Source of the DNA: Oscillospiraceae bacterium
Lineage (GTDB): Bacteria > Bacillota > Clostridia > Oscillospirales > Acutalibacteraceae
Direction: 5' to 3'
Assembly: GCA_015065935.1 (NCBI GenBank)
Contig: SVPI01000003.1
Coordinates: 30,563 to 94,562, forward strand
DNA: 64,000 bases
The notes below the pieces were generated by a model. That model was given only the letters and a program-made list of their open reading frames with translations, had not been told where the DNA came from and searched no databases. A program made the translations under genes and the position numbers. Shown in pieces: positions 1 to 9,142 of this stretch; the stretch's first letter is position 1; every line of letters begins with the position of its first letter.

Positions 1-487
1 TTTTTTGGGAAATAGTGTGGTGAATATCCCTTTTAGATACCGTTAAATAATTTTCAAGCTTTATGAGTAGTGCACTCATTAGGGTTGAACAAAGCTTTGC
101 GTTTTTTTGGCTTTTAATAATTTCAAAAAGAATTGATTCAATAAATGTCGCATCTTCTTCGTTTATTTCTATAGCCTTAGGCGCACCTATGGCGGTGTAA
201 GGCGATAAGATATCGGGGGAAACCATATCTGTGGAAAACATTATATTTATAACTGTGGAATCGTCGGTTTTAACGCTGTGTAAATCAACAGGTGTCATAA
301 AGAAAAGTGTTCCGTTATGCAAGGGGTAGGTTTGTTCGTTAATGGAGCAGGTGCCCTCACCCTCTAAAACATATTCCATTTCGTAAAATTCGTGCCAATG
401 AACCTGGCAATCGCAGTCAAGGTGCTTTTTTGATGCCGAAATATTGCCAATGCCCAGTTCCTTTTCCTTCGTTAGTTTGCTAATCAA
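1..487 (-). CDS. AraC-family transcriptional regulator, N-terminal cupin sensor part (partial; the C-terminal HTH lies beyond position 1)
   Basis: Not in the ORF track because it runs off the window. My reverse translation from TTG at 487 gives ISKLTKEKELGIGNISASKKHLDCDCQVHWHEFYEMEYVLEGEGTCSINEQTYPLHNGTLFFMTPVDLHSV, an AraC-type cupin ligand-binding fold. GGGTGAT lies upstream as an RBS. The gene is divergent from a glycosidase gene, as is usual for AraC regulators. Confidence 0.7.
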   Translation of the reverse strand, partial: MISKLTKEKELGIGNISASKKHLDCDCQVHWHEFYEMEYVLEGEGTCSINEQTYPLHNGTLFFMTPVDLHSVKTDDSTVINIMFSTDMVSPDILSPYTAIGAPKAIEINEEDATFIESILFEIIKSQKNAKLCSTLMSALLIKLENYLTVSKRDIHHTISQK

Positions 488-612
488 TTATATCACCCAA
501 ATAACGATACCATAAATATTAAAAAAAGACAATAATTTTTTGATAAAAAGCAGAGAAAATTTAAAGGAAGCAAATTATAATGTAATTAGATTTTAAAAGG
601 AGGCGGTTTCTT

Positions 613-3069
613 TTGAAAAAGGATAAACTTTATCTTGTAGGCAACGCTCATTTAGACCCTGTTTGGCAGTGGCGCTGGCAGGAGGGAAGTATGGAGGCAA
701 AGGCCACCATTCGTTCGGCGCTTGATAGAATGAAGGAGTTCCCCGAATTTAGGTTTGTTTGCTCCTCTGCTTCGGTTTATAAATGGATAGAGGAATTCGC
801 CCCCGAAATGTTTGAAGAGGTAAGAGAGCGCATAAACGAGGGCAGATTTATAATTGTGGGCGGTTGGTTTGTTCAGCCCGATTGCAATATGCCCTCAGGC
901 GAGGCCTTTGCAAGACAAAGCCTTTATTCCCAGCGCTATTTTAAAGAAAACTTTGGCAAAACGGCAACGGTGGGTTATAATGTGGACAGCTTTGGCCACT
1001 GCGCAACCCTTCCGAAAATTTTAAAGAAAAGCGGAATGAATAGTTATATTTTTATGCGCCCCTCTCCGAAAGAAAAGAATATGGAAAGCGATGTTTTCGG
1101 TTGGATTTCCGATGACGGCTCAAAGGTTACAACATATAGAATTTTAGACCCCTATTGCGCCCAATTTGAAAATGTAGAGGCTTTAGAAGAGCGTGTTACT
1201 TATTTAGAGGAAAATTCTAAAGCCGATTTTAGCGCGCTTCCTCTTTTTTATGGCGTAGGCAACCACGGCGGCGGGCCGACCATAAGACATCTTGAGGTTT
1301 TGCGGGAATATGCGAAAAAACACCCCGAAAAGGAAATGATTTATTCCGATATATCAGATTTTTTTGAGGATATTTCTAAAGAAAACATTCCTCAGTATCA
1401 GGGAGATTTACAGCATCACGCCAGCGGCTGTTATTCGGCGGTGGGCAAAATTAAAAACGATGTTCGCCGTGCCGAAACAAGCCTTGTTGCCGCCGAAAGC
1501 TATAACGCCCTTGCGGCAAAGCTCTGCGGTAAGAAATATAAAAACGCCTCGTTTAAAGAGGGCTTTGAGAATGTGTGCTTTTGCCATTTTCACGATAGCC
1601 TTGATGGCTGCTCTATAAAAGAGGTTTATGATGATGCCGCTGATATGCTGGGCTTCGCTAAACACATTGCCGCAGTTGAGGAAAATAACGCTTTGCAGGC
1701 AATTTCCTGGAAAATAAACACAAAAGATAATACTTTGGGTCAGCCCGTTGTTGTTTTCAACCCCCATCCCTTTGATGCCGAGCAAATCGTTCAAATTAAT
1801 GGTCAGTTCAATGTGGTTAAGGACTCTGATGGAAACATTGTGCCTTCACAGCTGGTTTATTCCACCGTTAATGAGTGCTATAACCGCAAGGACACCATTT
1901 TCAGCGCAAGGGTTAAGGCGCTGGGTTATTCGGTTTATTATATAAGCGATGGCTTTACAGTAACCTGGAATAATCGCGCCGAGGAACCAAAGAGTGAAAA
2001 CAGTACCGTTTGCGCCTTTTTACCAAACAGCCTTGAAAGCGCTAATAATCACGACTGTGTTACCCTGGAAAATGAACTTTTAACGGTTAAATTTGAGCGC
2101 TATAGCGGTTATATTACCGAGATTTACGATAAGGAAAATGAGAAAAATCTTATAACTGACCGTGCCGCAGTGCCTATTGTTATTGATGAATATTATCACG
2201 ATGCCTGGAGCCACGATAAAAACTTTTTTACCGATGAAATGGCACGCTTTTCCGATGCTAAGGTAACGGTGCTTGAAAGCGGCCCTATAAGGGCAACCGT
2301 AAAGGTGGAAAGCCGTTATAATGGCTCTACCTTAACGCAGTATTTTTCCCTTGCTTCGGGCGGCAAAAAGTTAGTGGTAAGAGCCTATGTTAACTGGCAG
2401 GAGAAGCATAAAATGCTTAAAATAAAGTGGCCTATGGCGGTAGAAAATCCAAAAGCCTACTATGAAATTCCCTTTGGAATTATAGAGCGCCCTGCCGATG
2501 GCGAGGAGGAGCCTGGCATTAACTGGACTGCAGTTAAAGGCACAAACGGCGGCTTTGCTCTTGTAAATAATAACACCTACAGTTCAAGTGTTAAGGATGG
2601 TACGATTTATCACACCGTTGTTCGCAGCCCCATTTATGGCGACCACGGTGGACCGAGAACTGAGGAGAGCGATTTTTCGGGCCAGGGCAGATTTGATTTC
2701 AGCTATGAAATTATGCCTATAGGTGATAACTGGTCCTCGGTTATAAAGGAAGGAAAGCTTTTAAATAAGGGCTTTACCAATATAATGGACACCTGGCACG
2801 ATGGCGTTTTAGACTGCAAGCCTTATTCGGCAATGAGCACCGATTGCGAAAACATTTTTGTAAGTGCGGTTAAACGCAGCGAGGATAACACAGGCCTTAT
2901 CCTTCGCGTTTATGAGGCCGAGGGCAAGGAAACCAAATTTACTGTAAGCGGCGATTTGTTGCCCCTGCCGATTTGTGATACAATCACTCCCTGGTCGGTT
3001 GAAACCTATTATCTGAGTGACGGCGCCAAGAATTGGCAAAAGGTACTGTTTACCGAATATGCAGAATAA
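613..3069 (+). CDS. GH38 alpha-mannosidase
   Basis: 818 aa. The N-terminal GNAHLDPVWQWRW motif, the HFHD motif and the overall length fit class II (GH38) alpha-mannosidases. TTG start lies about 8 nt after AGGAGG. Confidence 0.85.
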   Translation: MKKDKLYLVGNAHLDPVWQWRWQEGSMEAKATIRSALDRMKEFPEFRFVCSSASVYKWIEEFAPEMFEEVRERINEGRFIIVGGWFVQPDCNMPSGEAFARQSLYSQRYFKENFGKTATVGYNVDSFGHCATLPKILKKSGMNSYIFMRPSPKEKNMESDVFGWISDDGSKVTTYRILDPYCAQFENVEALEERVTYLEENSKADFSALPLFYGVGNHGGGPTIRHLEVLREYAKKHPEKEMIYSDISDFFEDISKENIPQYQGDLQHHASGCYSAVGKIKNDVRRAETSLVAAESYNALAAKLCGKKYKNASFKEGFENVCFCHFHDSLDGCSIKEVYDDAADMLGFAKHIAAVEENNALQAISWKINTKDNTLGQPVVVFNPHPFDAEQIVQINGQFNVVKDSDGNIVPSQLVYSTVNECYNRKDTIFSARVKALGYSVYYISDGFTVTWNNRAEEPKSENSTVCAFLPNSLESANNHDCVTLENELLTVKFERYSGYITEIYDKENEKNLITDRAAVPIVIDEYYHDAWSHDKNFFTDEMARFSDAKVTVLESGPIRATVKVESRYNGSTLTQYFSLASGGKKLVVRAYVNWQEKHKMLKIKWPMAVENPKAYYEIPFGIIERPADGEEEPGINWTAVKGTNGGFALVNNNTYSSSVKDGTIYHTVVRSPIYGDHGGPRTEESDFSGQGRFDFSYEIMPIGDNWSSVIKEGKLLNKGFTNIMDTWHDGVLDCKPYSAMSTDCENIFVSAVKRSEDNTGLILRVYEAEGKETKFTVSGDLLPLPICDTITPWSVETYYLSDGAKNWQKVLFTEYAE

Positions 3070-3071
3070 TT

Positions 3072-3110
3072 AAAACACGGTAGAAACAATTTGTTTCTAC
3101 CGTGTTTTTT
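3072..3110. terminator. Bidirectional intrinsic terminator shared by the GH38 gene and the convergent 288-aa gene
   Basis: Perfect 16-bp stem aaaacacggtagaaac / gtttctaccgtgtttt with a short loop. A T-run follows on the plus strand and TTTTAATT follows on the minus strand. Confidence 0.8.
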
Positions 3111-3975
3111 AATGCAAAAATTTGTTGTTAGATTCATAAAGTTCATTTTTTGCTCTTGCAAATTCTTTTAAAAGTTTTTTAAAGGCAAGAAACGTTTCTT
3201 CAGAATAGTTTGGATAACAGATTGTTACTTGGCTTTTAGTCATGGCGATTATTTCGGGTGAAAATTTCGATAGTTCATAAAGACTTTTAATATCTTCTAT
3301 CATTTTATAATCTAAAGCCAAATCTCCATAATTTGTGAAAAAAGATAAGTGTTTTCTCTTCTTAAATTCGTTTTCATTAGCATCCGTTAATTTTATAAAA
3401 GGGATATAAAGAAAATGTTGATAGATTTCTTTTGTACTACGAACCAAATAAGCTAAACATTCTAAAATTTTTTGAACATCAACGCCTTCGGAAGTTTTGA
3501 AAATTGTTTTCAAGACATCGTTGCATGTTTCTAATCGCGACAAATTTTCTATTAAGTCGACCAATTCTTTGTAACTCGCTTTTTTTAAAAAATCTCGTAA
3601 TGGTTGAAAGTTATCGCCATCTAATATTTCTTTGTGTAATTTTAAAAATGTTGCAAACTCTTCTTTAAGCTGTTCATCAGTGTTTTCGTTAGGTGAATCA
3701 GTAATAGTTTCAAGGAGTAAATAATAATTATAATGGATTATTTTTAAAAAGCTACATTTATATATTTTTGATTCTGGATTAAAATCAAAAAAAATAGGCA
3801 AATTAGCGATTGAAAAAGTGTTTAAGAAAAAGTTGAAATCTTTACCAGCTAAATATGAAATAGCGGAAGGGTAATCTTCTTTTACTATATTTACAGGTTT
3901 AAGGTTTTCGGATTTTCTTATTTTATTAATTTGCTTTTTAAGATTAGTAAAATTCTGGTTAAAAAGGTTGTCCAT
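3109..3975 (-). CDS. Hypothetical protein, 288 aa, no recognisable motif (third gene of the AT-rich island)
   Basis: Long uninterrupted ORF in very AT-rich DNA. It lies 24 nt downstream of the XRE gene. The protein is Lys/Glu/Asn/Phe-rich and looks mostly helical. I recognise no catalytic or binding signature. Confidence 0.6.
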   Translation of the reverse strand: MDNLFNQNFTNLKKQINKIRKSENLKPVNIVKEDYPSAISYLAGKDFNFFLNTFSIANLPIFFDFNPESKIYKCSFLKIIHYNYYLLLETITDSPNENTDEQLKEEFATFLKLHKEILDGDNFQPLRDFLKKASYKELVDLIENLSRLETCNDVLKTIFKTSEGVDVQKILECLAYLVRSTKEIYQHFLYIPFIKLTDANENEFKKRKHLSFFTNYGDLALDYKMIEDIKSLYELSKFSPEIIAMTKSQVTICYPNYSEETFLAFKKLLKEFARAKNELYESNNKFLH

Positions 3976-3999
3976 TTTGTTACCTCGTATTATAGTCTG

Positions 4000-4215
4000 T
4001 TAATCTTCTTCAAAATAGAATAATTCTTCAAATCTGCAGTTAAGCGCAATGCATAGCAATGCTGCAAGATAAGCAGTAGGACAGAATTGCCCAGTTTCTA
4101 TAGAACTAATAGTGTTTTTAGAAGAACCAATTTTTTCAGCAAGTTGTGTTTGCGTTAAGCATGCTTGCTGCCGAAATTCTTTCAATTTGTTTTTTAATTT
4201 AAGGTGTGAATTCAT
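4000..4215 (-). CDS. XRE/Cro-family helix-turn-helix transcriptional regulator (about 71 aa)
   Basis: LTQTQLAEKIGSSKNTISSIETGQFCPTAYLAALLCIAL is a classic HTH_3 motif. I moved the start to the internal ATG at 4215 (MNSHLKLKN...), which overlaps the stop of the upstream gene as ATGA. Confidence 0.85.
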   Translation of the reverse strand: MNSHLKLKNKLKEFRQQACLTQTQLAEKIGSSKNTISSIETGQFCPTAYLAALLCIALNCRFEELFYFEED

Positions 4216-4535
4216 GGAAATACCACCTGCCCAACAAATACTAAAATAGCCAAAAGTGCAATAAGGCATTGAATTATTCCTATAACAATCATATATGTCT
4301 TTTTAATTTTAATGCCTTCGTAAAGGTGTTGAACACCCGATGCGGTCATTCCGACAGCAATAAGACCTGTATTAACCGAAGATTTAACAAAATATTCTAA
4401 TAAAAGTAGCGCTAAAGCAACAAGAAATGCTACAAGTGAGCCTAGTAAGCTGCTTCGCGCGGCAGATTCTTTTTCGTATTCTTTTCCAATATCTTTGTTA
4501 TTTTGAGCAGATTCTAAAATTTTTTCGTTTTCCAT
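4212..4535 (-). CDS. Small integral membrane protein (about 107 aa, 3 predicted TM helices)
   Basis: Hydrophobic stretches are LLGSLVAFLVALALLLLEYF, GLIAVGMTASGV and MIVIGIIQCLIALLAILVFVGQVV. ATG at 4535 is preceded by GGAAAGGTG. It is translationally coupled (ATGA) to the XRE gene. Confidence 0.7.
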   Translation of the reverse strand: MENEKILESAQNNKDIGKEYEKESAARSSLLGSLVAFLVALALLLLEYFVKSSVNTGLIAVGMTASGVQHLYEGIKIKKTYMIVIGIIQCLIALLAILVFVGQVVFP

Positions 4536-4546
4536 AGCGAACACCT

Positions 4547-4593
4547 TTCCAAGTTTTATGGGAATCTAATGACATTATATAATTCCAAGTTTT
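4547..4593 (-). promoter_or_regulatory. Two identical 11-nt direct repeats (AAAACTTGGAA on the minus strand), candidate operator sites
   Basis: ttccaagtttt occurs at 4547-4557 and again at 4583-4593, 36 bp apart. One copy sits inside the promoter spacer. The other abuts the RBS of the first island gene. Confidence 0.4.
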
Positions 4594-4602
4594 CTTTGTC
4601 AA
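4574..4602 (-). promoter_or_regulatory. Consensus sigma-A type promoter of the island operon
   Basis: The minus strand reads TTGACA, then a 17-nt spacer (aagaaaacttggaatta), then TATAAT. Both hexamers match the consensus exactly. The promoter is about 38 nt upstream of the ATG at 4535. Confidence 0.7.
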
Positions 4603-4622
4603 GAACTTTTTTAAAATTTTCT

Positions 4623-4670
4623 TAAAAATTAAAAGCACAACCAATAGATTTTTAATCTAGAGGTCGTGCT
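4623..4670 (-). terminator. Intrinsic terminator after the GH13 gene
   Basis: The minus strand forms agcacgacc...ggttgtgct with an inner tagatt/aatcta extension. It is followed by TTTTAATTTTT. Confidence 0.6.
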
Positions 4671-4692
4671 CTTTGTATGTTTAATAATAGTT

Positions 4693-6525
4693 TTATTTAA
4701 TCTTTCCGCTAAAAAGGCAAAAATCATTTGGGCCGATTTTGATTTTTTCATTCGACAAATTTTTGGGGATTTCAATTTCTCTTTCTGCGTCACTTGTGTT
4801 AACGCCTACAAAAACGAAATCCTTGTCCCGCTTTCTTAAATAAGCCATGCAGCCGTTTTCAAAATGAAGGGGGATAAACTCGCCATCCTTAAAAACGCTG
4901 TTTTCTCGGCGGAATTTGCCTAGTTTTTTATAAAACTCGGTGAGCGCTTTATCTCCGTTTTCCCAATCAAAAAAGCCGCGGCAGAACGGGTCGCCAAAGC
5001 CTTCAGTGCCGATTTCATCGCCATAATAAAGAGAGGGCACACCGGGCAGGGTATACTGCAAAACTGCGGCAAGCTTAAGCCTTTTTTTGCCGATTTCCTG
5101 CTGTTCCTTTGAAAGTCTTTGCTCCGCCTGCCAATTTCGGTCGGCTAAAACCTGCCCCTCAAAGCCCAGGCGGGTTAGAATTCGGGCGGTGTCGTGGGTG
5201 CCGATGTGGTTCATAAGGGTGTGAAGGGAGCAGGGGGGATAGTTTTCAATTATATCAAGAATACTCGAAATAAAAGCCTCTCCGTTACCGCCCATAACAA
5301 AATCAACAATAGAATTTGCAAAGGGGTAATTCATAACCGAATCAAGCTGTTTGCCCCTTAAAAAGCGGCGGCGGGCGTTGTAGCTTACCTTGTTTGTGGC
5401 ATCCTCCCAAACTTCGCCCAGTAAAAAGGCATCCTTTTTCTCCTGCTTTATGGCAGTTCTCACGCTATCAAGGAATACATCGGGCAGTTCATCGGCAACA
5501 TCAAGGCGCCAGCCATCGGCACCAAGCCTTAACCAGTGCCGTATAACGCCGTTTTTGCTCGTTATAAATTCGAGAAAATTCTCATTTTCCTCCACCGTTT
5601 CGGGCAATGTAGGAACACCCCACCAGGCCTCATAATCATCGGGCCAATTTTTAAATTTAAACCAGCCGTGATATTTTGAATTTTCACTGTTGTAGGCGCC
5701 GATTCCGCTATAACGGTTTTTCTTGTTAAAATAGATGCTGTCATCCCCCGTGTGGGAGAAAACGCCGTCTAAAATAATATGAATGCCCTGCTTTTTAGCA
5801 TCTTTGCAAAGCCTTATAAAATCCTTTTCATCCCCTAAAAGAGGGTCAATTTTCATATAATCCGCCGTATTGTAACGGTGGTTTGAGTGTGCCTCAAAAA
5901 TAGGATTTAAATAAATGCAGTTAACCCCAAGGCCTTTAAGGTAGGGAAGTTTTAACCGTACACCCTCAAGGTCACCGCAGTAATAATCATTGCCGAGGAA
6001 ATCGTTTGTGCTGAAATCCTGTGTAAATGTGGGCTGTTTTTTCTTATCCTTAACAATAAATCGGTCGCTTGGAACATTCTTTTTTGCCTTTCCCGAATCA
6101 TAAAAGCGGTCGGGGAAAATCTGATAGATAATGCCGCCCTTAATCCAGTCAGGGGTGGTAAAATCACTGTCATAAACGGTTAACTGCCAGGAGGCGCCAA
6201 TGGGCTCAAGGTTAACAATGCCAACGCCGTTTACCTTGGTAACAAAATAATTCCCAAAGGGGCTTGTGTAGAAAAAGCGATACCAGTAAAGCCCGCCGGA
6301 AGGGGAAATTTCGGTATCATAAAAGATATAATCCTCAAGGCTTTCTCTTTGTGTGAGGGGGATTTTTTGTTCATCCTCGCCATCCTTTGATAAAAGCAAA
6401 AAGGCCTCATCTGCCTTTGCATCCTTATGCAGAAGTAGCCGTAAAGTCAGGCTTTCGCCTGATTTTACGGCTGAGAATTTAGACTTATAAAGACTTTTTC
6501 TTGAATCAAAAGGATAATATTGCAT
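4693..6525 (-). CDS. GH13 alpha-glucosidase/neopullulanase-like enzyme
   Basis: All four GH13 regions are present: DGVFSHTG, GADGWRLDVADELP, LLGEVWEDA and MNHIGTHDTARI. It has an N-terminal beta-domain and lies directly downstream of glgP. Confidence 0.85.
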   Translation of the reverse strand: MQYYPFDSRKSLYKSKFSAVKSGESLTLRLLLHKDAKADEAFLLLSKDGEDEQKIPLTQRESLEDYIFYDTEISPSGGLYWYRFFYTSPFGNYFVTKVNGVGIVNLEPIGASWQLTVYDSDFTTPDWIKGGIIYQIFPDRFYDSGKAKKNVPSDRFIVKDKKKQPTFTQDFSTNDFLGNDYYCGDLEGVRLKLPYLKGLGVNCIYLNPIFEAHSNHRYNTADYMKIDPLLGDEKDFIRLCKDAKKQGIHIILDGVFSHTGDDSIYFNKKNRYSGIGAYNSENSKYHGWFKFKNWPDDYEAWWGVPTLPETVEENENFLEFITSKNGVIRHWLRLGADGWRLDVADELPDVFLDSVRTAIKQEKKDAFLLGEVWEDATNKVSYNARRRFLRGKQLDSVMNYPFANSIVDFVMGGNGEAFISSILDIIENYPPCSLHTLMNHIGTHDTARILTRLGFEGQVLADRNWQAEQRLSKEQQEIGKKRLKLAAVLQYTLPGVPSLYYGDEIGTEGFGDPFCRGFFDWENGDKALTEFYKKLGKFRRENSVFKDGEFIPLHFENGCMAYLRKRDKDFVFVGVNTSDAEREIEIPKNLSNEKIKIGPNDFCLFSGKIK

Positions 6526-6527
6526 AA

Positions 6528-8930
6528 CTATTTTAAAGGTGTTGTGTGCCAGATATCGCGGGCGTAATCCTCAATGGAACGGTCGGCGGCAAAAATGCCC
6601 GACTCGGCAATGTTAACAAGGGACATCTTGTTCCATTTTAATGTGTCGGCATAGGTTTCGCCGGCGATTTTCTGTGCATTGCAGTAGTCCTTGAAATCGG
6701 CAGCGGCCATATAATGGTCAATATTTGTTAAAATGTGGTGAATGCTTTCAAAGGATTGACCGTTAATACCCTTGCCAATGAAATCAAGGGCGGCCTTTAA
6801 TTCCTCATTATTGTTATAGTAGTTAGAGGGGTGGTAGCCGTTCTTGCGAAGGCGGTTAACCTCAGGTGTGTGCATACCGAAGATAAAGATGTTATCATCC
6901 CCAACAGCAGAGTGAATTTCAACGTTTGCGCCATCCTCAGTACCAATGGTAACTGCGCCGTTCATCATAAATTTCATATTTCCCGTTCCGCTGGCCTCGG
7001 TAGAAGCCAAAGAAATCTGCTCGCTGATTTCGGCCGCAGGAATCATAAGCTCAGCCAGAGTTACTCTGTAATCCTCAAGGAAAACAATTTTAAGCTTATC
7101 GCGAACAGCGGGGTCGTTTTCAATAACGCGGCTTAAATTATAAATCATATGAATGATTTGCTTTGCAAGGAGATATCCGGGTGCCGCTTTTGCACCGAAA
7201 ATATAGGTTTTGGGTGTAAAGGGAGCATTGGGGTTTTCCTTAATAAATAAATATTCGCTGATAATGTGCAGGGCATTAAGGTGCTGGCGCTTATACTCGT
7301 GGAGGCGCTTAACCTGCATATCAAAAATAGAATCGGGATTTAAAATAATGCCGTTTTTATCGCTGAGATAGTTTGCAAGGCGCTCCTTGTTTTGGCGCTT
7401 GATTTTGGCAAGCTTTTTAAGAACTGCCGCATCATCCTCAAATTTTCTAAGCTCTGAAAGCTTTGCGGCGTCCATAACAAAACCGTCGCCGATAAGCTCG
7501 GTAATAAATTTCGAAAGCTCAGGGTTTGCCTGGCAAAGCCAACGCCTGTGTGCAATGCCATTGGTAACGTTTGTAAACTTCTCGGGGGTTAAACGATAAT
7601 AATCGCTAAACAGCGAATCCTTTAAAATGTCGCTGTGAAGCTTGGAAACGCCGTTAACACAGTGGCAAGCGGCAACGCAAAGATTTGCCATTCTGACAAC
7701 GCCGCCCTGAATAATATGGGTGCGTTCAGCAAGACCCCAATCATCGGTTTCGGCTAAAACCTGCGCATAATAGCGGCGGTCAATTTCCTTAACAATTTGG
7801 TAAATTCTGGGCAATCTGTCCTTGAATAAGCCTTCGGGCCAGCACTCAAGCGCCTCGCTCATAACGGTGTGGTTGGTGTAGGCAATGGTCTTTGTAACAA
7901 TGCCCCAGGCCTTATCCCATTCATAGCCGCACTCATCAAGCAAAAATCTCATAAGCTCGGGAACGCCGAGCGCCGGGTGGGTGTCGTTAACGTGAATTGC
8001 AACCTTGTCGGCAAGGTTATCAAGGGTGCCGTAGGTACGAAGGTGGCGGTTTAAAATATCCTGAATAGATGCGCTTACAAGGAAATACTGCTGGCGAAGG
8101 CGAAGTGATTTACCCTCAATGTGATTATCCTCGGGGTAGAGCACTTTACTGATTGCCTCAGCCGTTGCCTTTGCCTCCATCGCGCGAACATAGTCGCCCT
8201 GGTTAAAGGCAGACATATTTATATCCTGGCATTCCGCGGTCCAAAGGCGCAAAGCATTAACGGTTTTACCATCCTTACCTGCAACCATAAGGTCATAAGG
8301 CATGGCGCGAACGGTGCTGTAGTTTTCGTGCTTAATGCTGTGGTAGTTGCCATCCCAGGTTTCGTTAACATAGCCATCAAAATGAACATCAACTGCGCTT
8401 GCAGGGCGGGGCTCAAGCCACACACTGCCACCAGGAAGCCAGAAATCGGGCATTTCGGTCTGCCAGCCTTCAATAAGCTTTTGGCGGAAAATACCGAATT
8501 CATACTTAATGCAGTAGCCCATTGCAGGGTAACCGCCGGTTGAAAGACCATCTAGGAAGCAGGCGGCAAGGCGACCAAGACCTCCGTTTCCGAGACCTGC
8601 ATCGGGCTCTAATTCATAAAGGCTATCAAGCTTAACCTTAAACTTAGAAAGTGCCTTTGCCATTGTCTTTTCAAGGTCCATATTAAAAAGGTTATTTTTA
8701 AGGGATCTACCCATTAAGAATTCCATACTAAGGTAGTAAACGGTTTTTGCCTGCTTTTCGGCGGTTTCCTTTTTAAAGGCAGTGCGCCTTTGGCGCATAA
8801 TGTCAAGAAGAACCAGCACTGTTGCCTTATAAAAAAGGTCATCAGAGGCTTCCTCGGGCATAACGCCGAAATTATGGGAAAGCTTTTTCTCAATTAAATT
8901 TGCAAGAGCAGTAGAGGTATATTTTTCCAT
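6528..8930 (-). CDS. glgP: Glycogen/maltodextrin phosphorylase (GT35)
   Basis: EASGTGNMKFMMNGA is the pyridoxal-phosphate lysine motif. About 800 aa. I moved the start to ATG at 8930 (MEKYTST...), which has AAGGATGG upstream. Confidence 0.9.
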   Translation of the reverse strand: MEKYTSTALANLIEKKLSHNFGVMPEEASDDLFYKATVLVLLDIMRQRRTAFKKETAEKQAKTVYYLSMEFLMGRSLKNNLFNMDLEKTMAKALSKFKVKLDSLYELEPDAGLGNGGLGRLAACFLDGLSTGGYPAMGYCIKYEFGIFRQKLIEGWQTEMPDFWLPGGSVWLEPRPASAVDVHFDGYVNETWDGNYHSIKHENYSTVRAMPYDLMVAGKDGKTVNALRLWTAECQDINMSAFNQGDYVRAMEAKATAEAISKVLYPEDNHIEGKSLRLRQQYFLVSASIQDILNRHLRTYGTLDNLADKVAIHVNDTHPALGVPELMRFLLDECGYEWDKAWGIVTKTIAYTNHTVMSEALECWPEGLFKDRLPRIYQIVKEIDRRYYAQVLAETDDWGLAERTHIIQGGVVRMANLCVAACHCVNGVSKLHSDILKDSLFSDYYRLTPEKFTNVTNGIAHRRWLCQANPELSKFITELIGDGFVMDAAKLSELRKFEDDAAVLKKLAKIKRQNKERLANYLSDKNGIILNPDSIFDMQVKRLHEYKRQHLNALHIISEYLFIKENPNAPFTPKTYIFGAKAAPGYLLAKQIIHMIYNLSRVIENDPAVRDKLKIVFLEDYRVTLAELMIPAAEISEQISLASTEASGTGNMKFMMNGAVTIGTEDGANVEIHSAVGDDNIFIFGMHTPEVNRLRKNGYHPSNYYNNNEELKAALDFIGKGINGQSFESIHHILTNIDHYMAAADFKDYCNAQKIAGETYADTLKWNKMSLVNIAESGIFAADRSIEDYARDIWHTTPLK

Positions 8931-9001
8931 TTGGTACCATCCTTGTAAAAAAATAAAGTTAAACAATATTATTATCTACTTTATATGATAACTTATTCCA
9001 C

Positions 9002-9035
9002 AAAAAAATTCAAGCATATTATAATATGCTTGAAT
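9002..9035 (-). terminator. Intrinsic terminator downstream of cls and the small ORF
   Basis: A perfect 28-nt palindrome, attcaagcatattataatatgcttgaat, is followed on the minus strand by TTTTTTT. Confidence 0.75.
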
Positions 9036-9142
9036 AGGGTATTTTTTATTCAATTTGTACAAAAAACATTCAAAAACAAAGAATTTCACTAAAACGATTT
9101 GTGTTTTTCCATAAAAAATACAAAAATTCAGCACCGTGTAAA

